Shown here: positions 11,281 to 23,933 of the stretch, piece after piece | How positions within the stretch are numbered: the first letter of the stretch is position 1 | Layout: the number at the start of each line of letters is the position of its first letter | NCBI GenBank assembly: GCA_036867785.1 | Contig: CP145413.1 | Location: 992,001-1,056,000, forward strand | DNA: 64,000 nt | Source of the DNA: Plasmodiophora brassicae | Taxonomy: Eukaryota | Direction of reading: 5' to 3' | Made by a program: the position numbers and the translations under genes | The notes under the pieces: generated by a model | The model's input: the letters and a program-made list of their open reading frames with translations, nothing else | Told to the model about the DNA's origin: nothing | Databases searched by the model: none

Positions 11281-11675
11281 TCGATTCCTTCGATCGGAAA
11301 CGAAGCTACCTGTCTGTGGCGCCTTTCGCGGGCGCTCATGACTTGTCGGAGATGCCGCTGCAAGCGTTGGCCGTGGTTCCCGCGCACGTTGACGTTAGGG
11401 TGAATGACAGGTTCGAAGCGTACGAATTGAGTCTATGGACGGGGTCGTGATTGCCAACGCAGGTGTGAGCCCACTATCGTCAACGTGATGGGGTTGGCGC
11501 CATACGATCACCATAGCAAACGTAGAAAATCGGGCGACTTCGAGGTCATTGCGCCGATTCCGATTCGCCCAACGCCTCTGCACGGCCAGTTCGGCAACCT
11601 GAAGATTGCCTGACACCAACAAAGTCGCATCCTCGGCAATAAACACACACCATCCGCATACAACATAGCTGGCCT

Positions 11676-14595
11676 TTATTCGAACCATCGCTTTGAGATA
11701 GACCGCTCCCTCTCGTTGCCGAAGAACTTGGCCTTGTAGTCGCGTACCATGGCGTCGAACTTCGATTCATCATCAGTGGAGCGTGCCCGTTTCGCGCCCT
11801 GCTTGACCGATGAATTCCTCTTGGGTTTCTTCGCCGGGCGCGCCTCCTCCCTGTCCTCTTCACTGGCTAGTTCGTGACGCGTCACCATCTGTCGTTGAGG
11901 TTTAGGCGTTGACTCGGCCAGTGCCAGCTGAGTCGCCGGCTGCTGCTTCTGCGGTCTGGCCTTTGCCGGCTTGCGGGTGCGCTTCTGAGACTCTTGTACG
12001 GGTACATCTGCCGCTAGTTCGTTCTCGAGCTTCTTTGTCATGCCTTTCATCCTGTTCTTCTCCAGACGCCGCCGCCTCAACGCTAGCTTGCGAACGTCGT
12101 CAACGGCGAACATGACGATCGGTCGGTGGCCTTTCTTGCCGAACGCCATCGGGTTGTTGTTCAGGGCGCGCAGCGCGGCCAGAGCGTGGTCGTGCTCGGT
12201 GAACTCGACGAACCCGTAATGCTTCGACCGGGGTTTGCCATCGGCGTCCAATCGGGTCTTGTCGCGGACGATAATGCACTGCTTGATGATGGGCTTGGAA
12301 TCTGGACAATGCTGGCGAGCACCTTTCAGAAAGGCGGACCTAGACAAATGCATGTCAGCGACATAGCACCAATGAGGGCCACGACAAACGATACTTGAGG
12401 TCAGATTCTGTCAGACCATCAGCCAGGTTATGGATGGTCAAACGGAACTTCGACATGATGAAGTTCGGGTTCGCGATCTTCTTGCTCGCCTCCTTGTACA
12501 GTTTCGACCGCATGGTCAAGTCTTGCTTGGACAGCCCTTGGTTGACCAAACATCAGCCGTGCAACGCGAAGCATACCGCAAAGACCAACCTTCGGCCGCC
12601 GGCGACGATTCGTTGATGTGCCCCTCGCGAAGCAGGTACGCGCACTTGCGGTCGTCTTTCTTCACCTTGGAGCCAGACTCCTGGAGCCTGGCAGCCTGGG
12701 ACCGATCGACAGCGATGACGACATCGAGGGGACGGCCACCCAGCTGTAAGCCGTTTTCCGTCATTGTTCGACGAGGCCGCTTGCGACCGTTCCGCGACGA
12801 CCGTTCGTCGACATTGCGACCTTTCGATGCATACTCGACGGCAGCATTCGCCGACTCAGCCGACCCAAACTGGACAAAAGCAGTGCCCTTCGGCCGCTCC
12901 AGTTCCTGAGAGCGCGAACGACCGTCAGGAATCAAGAATCGCAAACGGGACCGTAACGGACTGCCTAACCTTGTCAGTTACAAGCATAGCATACTTGACG
13001 GTTCCGAAGCGAGAGAAGAGGTCGGACACCTGACCCTCGGTGACATCGAACGGCAGGTTGCGCACGAACACTGTCCGACCTTCTTGAACGTCACGAGACA
13101 CTTTCGGCGCCAGCATCCTGTCCACGTCATTACGATCCTCCTCATCAGTTACGTCTACCTCTTCGTCGTCATCATCGTCCATATGCTCTTCATCGTCCTC
13201 AGCATCGTCATCATCGTCCATATCAGATTCGCTTTCGACGTGCTCCGGGTCATCTAGATCAGAGTCATTAGCGGCGTCGTCTTCGCTGTCGTCGGATCCC
13301 TCTTCTCCCTTTGTGCCATCTGCACCATCAGCGGCGGCCTCGTAATTCTGGCCGTCATCAGACACATCGCCATCGGCAGCCTCATCTTCGTCAGCACCGC
13401 TTTGTTCTACGGCCCGCTGCTCGTAATGTGCTTTCGACAGCGCCCAATCGACGGCAATGTTCCGACCGCCTGACGGTCAATGTTAGAACATTTCGGAAAC
13501 GATCCAGAAACCCATGTTCATACCGATCTTCAAGCTTGCACCATTGGAGACCGCCTTCGTGGCATCGTCGATGTGCTCGAATTGGACGAAGGCGAACCCT
13601 TTGTTGTTCTTAGTCGTCGACCCTGACTCGTCAGCCTTCATCGGCAACGTAACCTCAGAAATCTGGTACACTGCAATCAGCAGTTGTGGCACAATACGCG
13701 TTCAAGCGACATCTCACCGGTCCAAACTGTTTCAGAACGGTGCGAACTCGTTTCGTTGTGCAATTAAACGGGAGGTTACGAACAATCACGCGAGCGCATT
13801 TCTGCACCGGGAACCCTGCTCGAATGACAGCGCCGTCGAGCACTTTCTTGTCCATCTTGCGAACCGCCTTCAGCGCTATGTCACCAGAAGAGAACGTGAT
13901 CCGTGCCGTCTGATATTGGGCGGATGATTCCGGGGACGGGAACTGGACCGACGCCACCGAGCCAAACTTTCTCATCCGCTTCAGGCTGAGTTGAAACACA
14001 TTGTCAGTGGCATGCAGTAAACATACCGAAGCGCCTTACAGGGATTTCTCGGTTGTAGACTCAGGAAGACCTTCCAGAACGATGACGGAACGGTCTACAG
14101 CAGATGGCGCCTTTCCAGAGAAGCGCCGGCGCGGAGCTGGGGCACGCTTCGCGGCTGTGGACCCTTCTTCCTTATCGTCCTGTGTTCCAGGACGCTTGGC
14201 GAGCTCAACTTTGATTTTGCGGCCTGACATCTCGGAAAGATGGAGCTGTGCCACGGCTGCTTCGGCATCAGCCGGATCGGAGAAGACAACGAACCCGAAC
14301 CTGAACACGACATACGATGTTGGAATTGAATTCACGACCGCTTATGCACAGAAACCAACCCCTTGGATCCTTGGGCGCCCTTGCCCGTGACGATAAACGC
14401 GCGTTTCACAGGGCCGACCTCCTCAAATTTCGCCTCGAACTGCTGATCCGTCATGTCGAACGGCAGATTACGCACAAACACCGTGCTCTTCGACGCATCA
14501 ATACCGCTGCTCGCCGCCGCCGCCACTGGCCCGTTGCCATTGCAGGTCGTACCGACCTTATCCACAACAAAGGGGCAGTCGTCCAGGTCAGCCAT
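11676..14595 (-). CDS. RBM28: RNA-binding protein 28 / Nop4 (four RRMs, acidic tract)
   Basis: TVFVRNLPF (twice), KGFAFVQF, PKGTAFVQF, NPNFIMSKFRLTIHNL, HYGFVEFTEHDHALAALRALNNNP, RPIVMFA; C-terminal KRWFE. Confidence 0.9.
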
Positions 14596-14854
14596 GATGA
14601 CGGGGAGGACCCTTGGCCAAGTCCGCGACGGACTCCGCGGACTCCGCCGCGTACGCTGTCTGCCGTGTAAACACATCCAGCTGCCTGACGACGCGTCCCT
14701 GTATTAGCGGACCCGCGTGTACGAATACGAAATATGGGGTACCTGCCCAACAGTTGGAGTTTGTACAGTCGCCGTATGCACATTCCCTTGCGAAGTGCGC
14801 ATACGATGGCGGGGATGGCCTGTCTGAGACAGGTTACGGCGTCAGGGGGCCCGG

Positions 14855-16426
14855 ATGGCGCCTCCGGGGTCTATTCTCGCCGTCCCGTCTGGGCCTATGA
14901 TGATGGAGAGTCATGCCAGCGATTCCATGTGGTTCGTCGTGTTCTCGTTCATGAACGTGCCCGACCTGGCAGCGGCGCACGCGGTATCGAAGCGGATGAG
15001 GGCGATGTCGGACGTGACGCTGACGCGCACGGGCCACTGGGCCCGCCTCGTACACCCGTCAGTGTGCCGCGGCACGTTCCTCACCGACCTCGGCTTTTTC
15101 GTCCATGGCGACCACCATTCCTGGTGTCGCCAGCAGGCGAGGATGTCCAGGGCCCAGCTGCGCCTATTCGATCGCCTGTTCCAGTGCAACCTGCCTGTCG
15201 ACAAGTTGCACCCGCTGCTGACCGGTCTCGTTCAACGCTGCGGGTTCCATGCTGGGTACGCTCTGGCCGTCGCCCTGCTCTGCGCCGTCGGCGCCTGTGG
15301 TCGCTCGCGAATGGGTCTGGCAGCGTTCCGCCATCTGATCAGTATCGGCGCCAGGTTCAACCACGTGTCTTCACGTGTCGTCGACAAGATGTGGAAACAA
15401 TGGTCCCACCCGCAGGAACGACGCTGGCGCGTCTCGGGCCAGGATCGCATCCAGCTGACCGAGACGGCATTCGACGTCATCGACAATGCCCTGGCCGACG
15501 ACCCAACCTCGTTGTCGATCATCGGGATGGCGCTGCGCCACGATCTGCGCTACGACCTGGACGAAGACGTCCTGCGGATGCTGGCGGAACATGGCGCGAA
15601 CATCAACGGCAGCGTCGAGTACAAGGGCAGGCCGGACCCGTGCGACGAGGAATGGACGTGCCTGTCGCGTGCCATCTACGAGAACGACGTCGAGCGCGCC
15701 CGCGTCTTCATCGACCTCGGCGCCGTCGTCGAATGCAGCCTGGACTTCCAGTACGGGCACGGCGAACGCGACCAGACGTGGCAGATCTCGGATGCGGTCG
15801 CCAACCTACGCGACCTGCACAAGGCCGACGCGTTCCTGAACCTGATGCTCGTCCTCGCCAGCAACCCGGTGCCGCTGGTCGCCACGTTCATGACGATCCC
15901 CGGGTGGGTCATCGATTCCAGCCGGCGCGCCATGATCGCCGACCTTCTTCGTCGTCGCTCCCCGTACAACGACGTGCCCGACGGGTTCGTCGGCCGATTC
16001 GTGCTGCGCTGCACGCTGAGCGGCCTGGGCGACATCACCGATGCGATCCTCCAGGCCGGGACCGACGTCCTGGCGACCGACGGCGGCGAGATGAGCGTGC
16101 TGCACTACGTGAACCCGACGCGGTCGTCGTACGAGGACGACGTACACCGGATCCTGTCCAAGTCGTCGCGCGAATCGATCCGCCGGGCGATGCGCCAGGT
16201 GAACCGGGCGACGGGGCTGAACGGCCTCACGTCGCTCGTCTGGATGACCGCCGACCTGCTCGACGTGTTCGTGGACCTGACGTCGCAGGCGGACGTGAAG
16301 AACGCCATCGCGCACGGGAACGACCCGTTCGCCCAGAACTGGCTCAACGTCTGCGTTGCCAAGGACGCCGACCTTGCCGACAGCGTTCGGGACATCATCC
16401 CGTTCGTCATCAGCGGCTATTACTAA
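14855..16426 (+). CDS. F-box plus degenerate ankyrin-repeat protein
   Basis: F-box-like DSMWFVVFSFMNVPDLAAAHAVSKRMRAMS; ankyrin-like LAEHGANING, TCLSRAI...FIDLGA and ILQAGTDV...SVLHY; intronless 523 aa. Confidence 0.65.
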   Translation: MAPPGSILAVPSGPMMMESHASDSMWFVVFSFMNVPDLAAAHAVSKRMRAMSDVTLTRTGHWARLVHPSVCRGTFLTDLGFFVHGDHHSWCRQQARMSRAQLRLFDRLFQCNLPVDKLHPLLTGLVQRCGFHAGYALAVALLCAVGACGRSRMGLAAFRHLISIGARFNHVSSRVVDKMWKQWSHPQERRWRVSGQDRIQLTETAFDVIDNALADDPTSLSIIGMALRHDLRYDLDEDVLRMLAEHGANINGSVEYKGRPDPCDEEWTCLSRAIYENDVERARVFIDLGAVVECSLDFQYGHGERDQTWQISDAVANLRDLHKADAFLNLMLVLASNPVPLVATFMTIPGWVIDSSRRAMIADLLRRRSPYNDVPDGFVGRFVLRCTLSGLGDITDAILQAGTDVLATDGGEMSVLHYVNPTRSSYEDDVHRILSKSSRESIRRAMRQVNRATGLNGLTSLVWMTADLLDVFVDLTSQADVKNAIAHGNDPFAQNWLNVCVAKDADLADSVRDIIPFVISGYY

Positions 16427-16498
16427 TCGTACGCGGGCGATGCGCCATCCATATCCAGACGGGGGTTGAAACGTCAGGCGCCGTATCGCAGGACGAGT

Positions 16499-18866
16499 TT
16501 ATTGTGGGCTGGGCCAGTAGTGCCGGCTGTTCGGTTCAGCGTACTGTAGGAAGTTGACACCGGTGGCAGCCGTGTAATGGGCGGGCGGGTACGTGTACGC
16601 GGCCGGCGACCCGGTGGCGGCGCGACGATCCCCGGCGGCACCCGGTGCCGACTCTGGCGCGCGCTGCTGCTGCTGCTGCTGTTGCTGCAGGAGCTGACGA
16701 TGCGTCACGTCCTGCTGCTGCCGCTGTTGCTGCTGCTGCCACTGCTCGTACGCGTACGCCGGTGTCGTCGGCGCCGGTGCAGGGGTCGCGTTCGTGGCCG
16801 CCGTGCCCGGGTCTGCTGCTCCAGCATCAGGCTTGGCAGCCGCGTCGACAGGTTGCGACGGGAACGGGACCGGCGTCGGGTCGATGTACTGCTCGAACGG
16901 CGGTCGTGGTGCAGCGCCTTGGTACCCCGAGTACCCGCCTTGCGACGTGGCCTGGTAGGGCGTGTAGTGAGCCTGCTGGCGGAAACCGGGCGGGCCGTAC
17001 GCCGCTGGCGAGCTATAGTACTGGGGCGCGTACGTCTGGTAGTACGGCTGGTTGTACGGGACCGGCATCGCCGAGCCATACGTCGCATGAGGGGGCACGC
17101 CATGGTATCCGCCACGAGGCCGGTCGCTGGGAGGGTATCGCGACTTGCTGCTGCCTCGGTTGGACGATGGCGGACGCTCGACCTGCGTCATCGTCGACGA
17201 TGACGCGTCAGCGGGCAGGGTGTCCTTGCCGACGTCGGTAGCCGATGACGGCTCCGACCTTGGGGCGGAACCTCGGGAATCACGACGGGGCTTGTTCGGC
17301 CCGTTGCGCTGTCCAGGGCCGTACGACGACTGCCTGGGCCTTGGGACGCGCTGCTGTGGCTGCCCATACCCGGAATGATCGTAGAACGAAGCGGGATCCG
17401 TCTCGTACGGCATGTACGGTTGCATGCCATACGGGGCCTGCGGGTACATACCGAACGGTGCCGGCTGATGTGGGAGCGGGTGCTCCTGTGCGACTCGACC
17501 GGAACGACTGGGCTCGACAGGAGGCGATACGGCGGGCGTAACGCGCTTGTCGGCCGGCGCTTGGAGATCGGACGGGACAGGCTGGTCCTCGTTCGTATCC
17601 ATGGACAGGCTGCCGAACTGGATCGTCGCCGTGTTCAACTTGGCAGACACCGAGTACGTAGCCGGCAGGATCACGTTGCCCGACGATGTGAACAGCGCCT
17701 CGATCGCGCGAGTGTTGTCGTCGACGACGGGCGCCGGTGCCTGCGTGACAACTGGCTCTGGCGTCGGCGCCGACGGTTCGACAGCAGCAGGAGCAGCGGA
17801 TTCAGCAACACTCGGCTCAGGTTGGGGAGTGACAGCAGCGGGCGCCGAAGACGCTTCCCTGGTAGCGACGTCTTCGTCTACGGCCCCGGACGATGGCTCG
17901 ATGGACGACCAGGTGCCAATGGTGTCTTCAACGGGGATTGACAGCTCGACAGGGGCAGGAGCGGGAGCAGGAGCGGGAGAAGCTGTCTTAACCGTTGTAG
18001 GTGTCGGTGCTGTCGGCTTTTCCAGACCACGTTGAATGATTCCAGCCCAGGTCGTCGTGCCGCCAACCGTCGCAGGAGTCGAACCAGGTTTACGAGCCTC
18101 CTCAGTGGCATGCTCAGTTGTGGACGGCCGCGAGGGTTCGGATCCCCAGCCACCATCCGCAGTCGACGGCGCCTGCGTCGTCGGTTCAGATCCCCAGCCA
18201 CCGGCCGATGCCACCTGCGTCTGCGCCGGTTCGGATCCCCATCCAAGATCAGCGGCGACCGGCTTTGCTGGTTCTGGAGTCTCCATGACAGGCTGAGTAT
18301 CACTCCAGGTCGCCGCTGGCTTCCACTTCAGGTCACGAGCCGGCTTCTCGCCTCCACGAGGACGACCATCCGCCGACGGCGGTCGACGTTGCCGACCACC
18401 GCGTTCGGGACGGCGCCCACCCCGCGAAGACTGTTGATGCTTAGACGCGTTGCCAGCAGGACCTGCCCCAGGCGTTGCGGATGCGGCAGGAGCGACCGCC
18501 TTCTTCGTTGCCTTCTTGGAGGTCTTAACACTCCACTGAGCGGCACTCTGGTCTTCGCTTGGACGGAGATCTACACCGGTGCGTTCAGGAGGTCGAATAC
18601 GCGAATGATACGAGCAATCACGTTTCACCTTCGAAGGCATTGATCAGACCCGTGTTGATCGTGGCGGGGTCGAAATTGCACTTCTGGCAGAACTGAACGA
18701 TCTCGTTGTTGGACCAATCCGGTTTGACCTCACAGACCGCCTCGACCTGCTTCCGCTGGGCGGCAGTCAGGTCCAGGTGGCGCTGGATCTCGGCGGCCCT
18801 CGTCAGGGACTGCTCGCTGGACGCCGGCGCGGACGCCGCCGCCTTTCGACCACCGCCCCTGCGCAT
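16499..18866 (-). CDS. UBAP2/Lingerer/GIP1-like protein (N-terminal UBA-like domain, low-complexity P/Q/Y tail)
   Basis: KQVEAVCEVKPDWSNNEIVQFCQKCNFDP, WSVKTSKK, RGG segment, IQFGSL motif; one intron about 18628-18590. Confidence 0.65.
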
Positions 18867-19194
18867 CGACCGCGTCTTCACTTGTTCCTGCGGCAGCGCC
18901 GTCGCGATGGATCCAATGATGGTCGACTCGGCGTGTTATTCCAATGCCGTGTTGCCGTTTGTGGTGCGGCGGAAGACCGCAGTTCGGACTTCCCCTCGGC
19001 CTTCCGCCAGATCAGACAGATGCCACGCACTTTCCTACGCATTTTTCAGGCACCCATAACCAGACGCGAGTCACGCGACACGCCGCGTATGCCGTCCCGA
19101 ATCCAACGTTGTACGTATGCCAGGTAGGTAGGTACAGAATGCGAGGTTATCGCGCATTGTCAATAGGTAAATTGATAAAGTTCCACTCTCGTCA

Positions 19195-20408
19195 TCATTC
19201 CGTTGACGATCGCTCTCCATTGATTGTGTTCAGGAGGGGCTCGGTTAGGTCGTCACTCCCGCGCCGACTGTCGCCGTGCGGGCTGGAGTCACTAGCGCTG
19301 GATGCTGGTGATGTCGGAGGGGATTCCGGTTCAGGAGCGGCACTGACGCCTTCCGATCCCGAGGAGAGTTTTCGTTGAGGTTCGCTCATGCGCCGCGCGC
19401 CAGGTTGACGAGGGGGCGCAGACGGCCTTCGTCCGGAGAGTGCAAGGCGAACGCGCCAGATGACGATCACGAGGACGAGCATCTGAGCGAACGTCAACAC
19501 CGACACTCCAATTACGAGGCATGGCCAGAAAAGGTTGAACGCAATCCATCTCAGGCCTACAGAGGAACCTTGAGACTGCTTACACCGCCTCCCAAACACG
19601 ACGATGTACCTGTCAATTGGACATTGAAGACTAGCTTCGCACTCGTTAAATGCAGTTCGCCCGTGTGGTCGTACGAAGTGATTAACGTGACGTTGAACTT
19701 CGATATCGGCAGATCAGCAGCTTCAACAAATCTCTGTGACCATTCAGACAAAGCGATATAGCCTGCTGTAATTCGCACGCGCCCAACCTCGAACATTCTC
19801 GTTGACAGCCTGGTGTCGAGTCTTTTGAAACCCAGGGCAATCGGAATAAAGAAAATAAACTGGTGAGCCATCCTCGATAGCTGATGCGTCTTCGCGATTT
19901 CAATAGGCCGCTTCGAGTGGGCGACATGTGCGGTCGGTACCACTGCCGACGACAATGCCGTTGCCTCAAGCACAAGCATACCAACATGATCATCGATGAC
20001 TCGATCGAACATAGAAAATTCGACGTCGATGTCATAGGCCAGGCCGGTCCTCAAGAATCCAGCTGGGGCCCCCGTTTCGGTTACCGCCGGCACATCCCAC
20101 TGCCTTGGACCTAACGACACCAACGCGACCGGAGACCGCATTGAGAAATCGAAATACACGGGTTTCTCTAGCCTGTGCGGTGGAATAACCCACCAGTACA
20201 CGAGCAGGTAAACGACCAGGGAGACGGCAACCTGCACCAGTACAACGCACAACGCCAGCCACAACTGCAGCACCAGCTTCGACGACGTAACGCCGAGCGA
20301 CGCCAACTGCGTCGTTGCGTTCTCGAACAGGTGCCATAGCGGCGCCCGGAAGAACTCGCCGAACGAGTCCGCCCAGACGTCGACGGCGTCCTCGGACGGG
20401 TCTGCCAT
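19195..20408 (-). CDS. BSCL2: Seipin
   Basis: TM followed by PVYFDF, FLRTGLAYDIDVEFSM, AKLVFNVQLTG, then LRWIAFNLFWPCLVIG and a second TM. Confidence 0.85.
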
Positions 20409-21007
20409 GACGACGGACCCGGCGCCTGAAGCACCGAATTGATTTTTGGCGGTCCCCGCACAAAACGTGCGACCAGTGCAGCTTGTCTGTACCGCGTGGC
20501 CGAATACCGCCGGTAGTCCACAGACGGGTCAGCAGGTATGTTGCTGAGAAATGTATCTACAGTAACGAGCGCCCGAACGCTGGATGTCCTACATCTTGTA
20601 GGGCTTGAACGCAGAGCGCGGGCGGGACGGGGTGATCACGCGGCCAGCTGATGCCGGTGACGTTGGCGCCTCAGACGGAGCGGCGTCGACGATGGCTTTG
20701 CTTGGGATCGGTTTTATAACGGTCGTAGGTTTCATGCTCCTGAGTCGTGTCGAACCGATATACGACGAGCGTGTCCTCAACTCTCGTCCACGTGTGAAGC
20801 GAACAGTGAGCCCCAAGCCTTCGATATTAGCAGTAGATGCGTGAATCACACTGGCGTGTACGATTCTGAATTTCTGCAACCAAGACGTTGACGTCACGAT
20901 CGTTGTGTACGCCAACAACAGTTTATTGGCGCGCCCTCGGTTTCTATATCTGGCGCTAGGTCGATGCAGCCACGGAGTCCGGCCGGTCGCGTCGCCAGAG
21001 CACGGTC

Positions 21008-23647
21008 ATGGCTGACGGTCTGTGTGCCCGCTTGCGTCTGCCGGCGCCTGTGGCATCCCGGGCGAACGCCTGGGTCGGTCGCGGCGTTGCCGTGCACTGC
21101 GCCGTACTCGAGGCGGTACACTGGGCGGATACCGATGACGTCCACGTGACGACGCTGGTGAAAGCGTGCGGTGTCCGCGTCGTCGACTTCTGCAAAGAGC
21201 TTCATGCGTTTGTCGACGAATTCGAAAGCGAACTGTCGAAGCCGTTTGTCGATGCTGCCAGACGGTTTCTCGTCCGCACGGTTCAGCTGTGGGTCCTGTA
21301 CTGTAAGTACCAGTCGATGTTCGCAATGACGTTCTCGTCTCCGTACTCTCAACGAACAGGTTAGATCCCGTCTACGTTTCACTGCTCCGTCTTGTTAAAG
21401 TGATTCCGCCCCAGCAACTCTTTTCGCATGTGGATGGTTGCTGTTCCTGGCGATTCGTGCGGAGCTTTTCCGAACAGAAACGCCTGCTGGCGATGACCTT
21501 TACCGGTTGTACACGCTGCTCAGCTGTGTTTTCGCGACTGTTTCGTCGCTTACCGGGGCAGATGCGGCTGATCAATCGACATCGTCGTCCGGTGCGGCTT
21601 CTGTTCCTGCTGCTGATGACGTGTCTGCCATCAGCGCAAGCCTGTACGACATGGTCGTCACGCGACTGTCAGAGCAAGGCGTTTGGCACGCTGATAACGT
21701 GAAGAAATCCGCAATTGACCTCGGACGGTACATCGATCGGCTGATGTGCTCCAGTTCTGATGAAAGTGAGTGAATGGCGCTGTGCGTCCTTCACGTGTCT
21801 GATTGTCCTCGAGTTGCAGAGATGTCGTGCTGGTTGCTGGATGGGCGAATCTGTTTCTCGCCTTCGACGGTCGAATCGGTTGGGAATGACTTGACCATTG
21901 AGTTGTCGCCGATTCTGCGATCGCCAGGTCGGCCGGCTCCGAAAACCCCTGTGACGCGGATGATGCTGTCGGTGGCATGGCTGATGAGAATAGCGGGTAT
22001 GAATGGAGGCCACAACTGTGAAGTATTGCAGACGACCCTCTCTGTTTGGCGGAACGCAGACGCGCCTGCACTGATTGAAAGCGTCCAAGAAGCTCACAGA
22101 AGAGTGGCTTTCACCTACGGATCGTACGACCCAGTAATGCATTACCTAAGTCTCCTCCGTGTATGGTTTACCTCTGACCTGGGCTGCCTAGGCTGTTGTA
22201 TCCTATCGCCGACGTATTGCGTTTCGCGTGTATCGGTATTTGCTGAACCGGATTGTCGGCATTGAACTGAGCCGGATGAGTCCTGGCTGTTTGGAATCTG
22301 CCGATTTCTCGTCGTGGCTCAACTCCATGTCGTTCCATTCGACATTGATGTTCTGTGCCGTCGCAATCGTGATCGGCGCGTACAAAATTGTGACCGAGCC
22401 GCTGGACAGTCTGATGGAGCAGTTTGACGTTCGTCCGCTGGAGCTCATCAGCGTCATGCGCGACATTGTTGTCGTTCCCGAGCGTGTGGAACCCGTTATC
22501 GACGATGTCAACGTGCACGCTCACATGATGTTATTGTTTCGGTTATGCGTTGTCCGATCGGCTTGGAGAGATAGCACCGTTAAGGACCCGGTGAATGACG
22601 CTGACGTTGACCATGTTTCTGCACTGGTTCGACAGCTTCATCGCGCTGGTCACCAGATTGTCCTTGATCTTCTACAACGTCTATCCCGATCGAAAGTTCT
22701 CGTATTGACGCCTCCTATGAGGTCGTGCGTCATTGACGTTATGGAGTACGTTATGAAGTACCTTCCCGGTGAGCAGTGTCAAGATGATGTCACCTGAATA
22801 TGTCCTCATTTTAAGGTTGTAGAATCGCTGCTTCGCAACTTTGATCTGTACTCGGTGACGGTTTGCGCCGTCTATGCTGTGTGCAAGCTCTCGCCGCGTC
22901 GAGACGGGGATTGTGTCCAGCTAATGACGCTCTACAGAGCCGCTCGGGATCTGATGCGCCCAAATTTCGGCGCTGTACAGGTGTGAGCTCGATTGCGTAA
23001 ACTTCGTAAATACTTAATGTCACGTGATCCAGAATTTGATTGCGTTCTATAACGAGAGGTTTATACCCAGTTTGAAAACCTTTCTGTTCTCAACGACGCG
23101 TCCATCGTTATCGTCCGCGCCAGCAGATGCAGGTGAGGAGGTTATGTCCACGCTCGGTTAACAGGTGTCTAAGGCTATCTACAGTTGCATCGTCATCTGA
23201 AACGGAGCCCGAGGTTGCGCCTCGAACCAATGGTGGTCAATTTGCTCCCCCACCGTCTCCGCTTTCTCTCCCACCTACCAAGTCGGTTTACGATGTTCAC
23301 GAGCGTTCTTGCTACACAACAAGGTGAACCTATACGATATCTTTATGGCGAGCCGAGTTTGCGTTTTAGTATCAAGAGCCGCTTAGTACTCGATGCCTTC
23401 GAACGGATTAGACATGGCAAATCGCTTGAACGATGCTGCGCTGGACGTGATGCAGGAGCTTGGCGATGCGGGCCTTGGGGTGATTGAGTACGATGCTAGG
23501 CTGCGGACGGAGACCTTGTTTGGTGTGCCAACGTCGGTAGCGGGTTCCTCAGGTATCGTTGGAAGTGTTCCTACGCGGCGCCGGGCGCGTACGTACCTCG
23601 CCACAGGAGGCAGGGACGCCAACGGCGTCTCAGTTCGTGGGCGATAA
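21008..23647 (+). CDS. RBR: Retinoblastoma-related pocket protein (divergent)
   Basis: N-domain TTLVKACGVRVVDFCKEL and GWLLFLAIR; pocket A TPVTRMMLSVAWL and FHSTLMFCAVAIV; pocket B VCAVYAVCK and LIAFYNERFIPSLK; multiple introns. Confidence 0.8.
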
Positions 23648-23933
23648 AAGAAGATCATGGTGTTTCCTGATGAACAAATAGGCTCGCGGCTTAGATGAGC
23701 TAAATGGGAATGGGGCCACGCAGTCGCCTGCTGCACTGACGACGGTCCCCGTGTTGACTCACGGCTCGTATAGGTCCACTCGCATGCGTTAACCACTTGA
23801 CACAATGGGACCTGAACTCACCAGTTGACTCGTACATGCGAGTCTAGGTCCACACAGCACCTCGGGTACCTGCCGGGCTAGAATTGCGCGGGTCGGGCAA
23901 CCCGCGCGCGTCTCTGAACGACAATGCAGAATC

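Noticed and set aside
14734-16557. 607-aa Arg-rich ORF overlapping the F-box gene, and similar shadow ORFs elsewhere
   Set aside because: Alternate-frame artefacts of GC-rich codon usage.
20589-20918. Short ORFs on both strands between seipin and RBR
   Set aside because: No motif and no clear ATG or splice support; probably divergent promoter or UTR.
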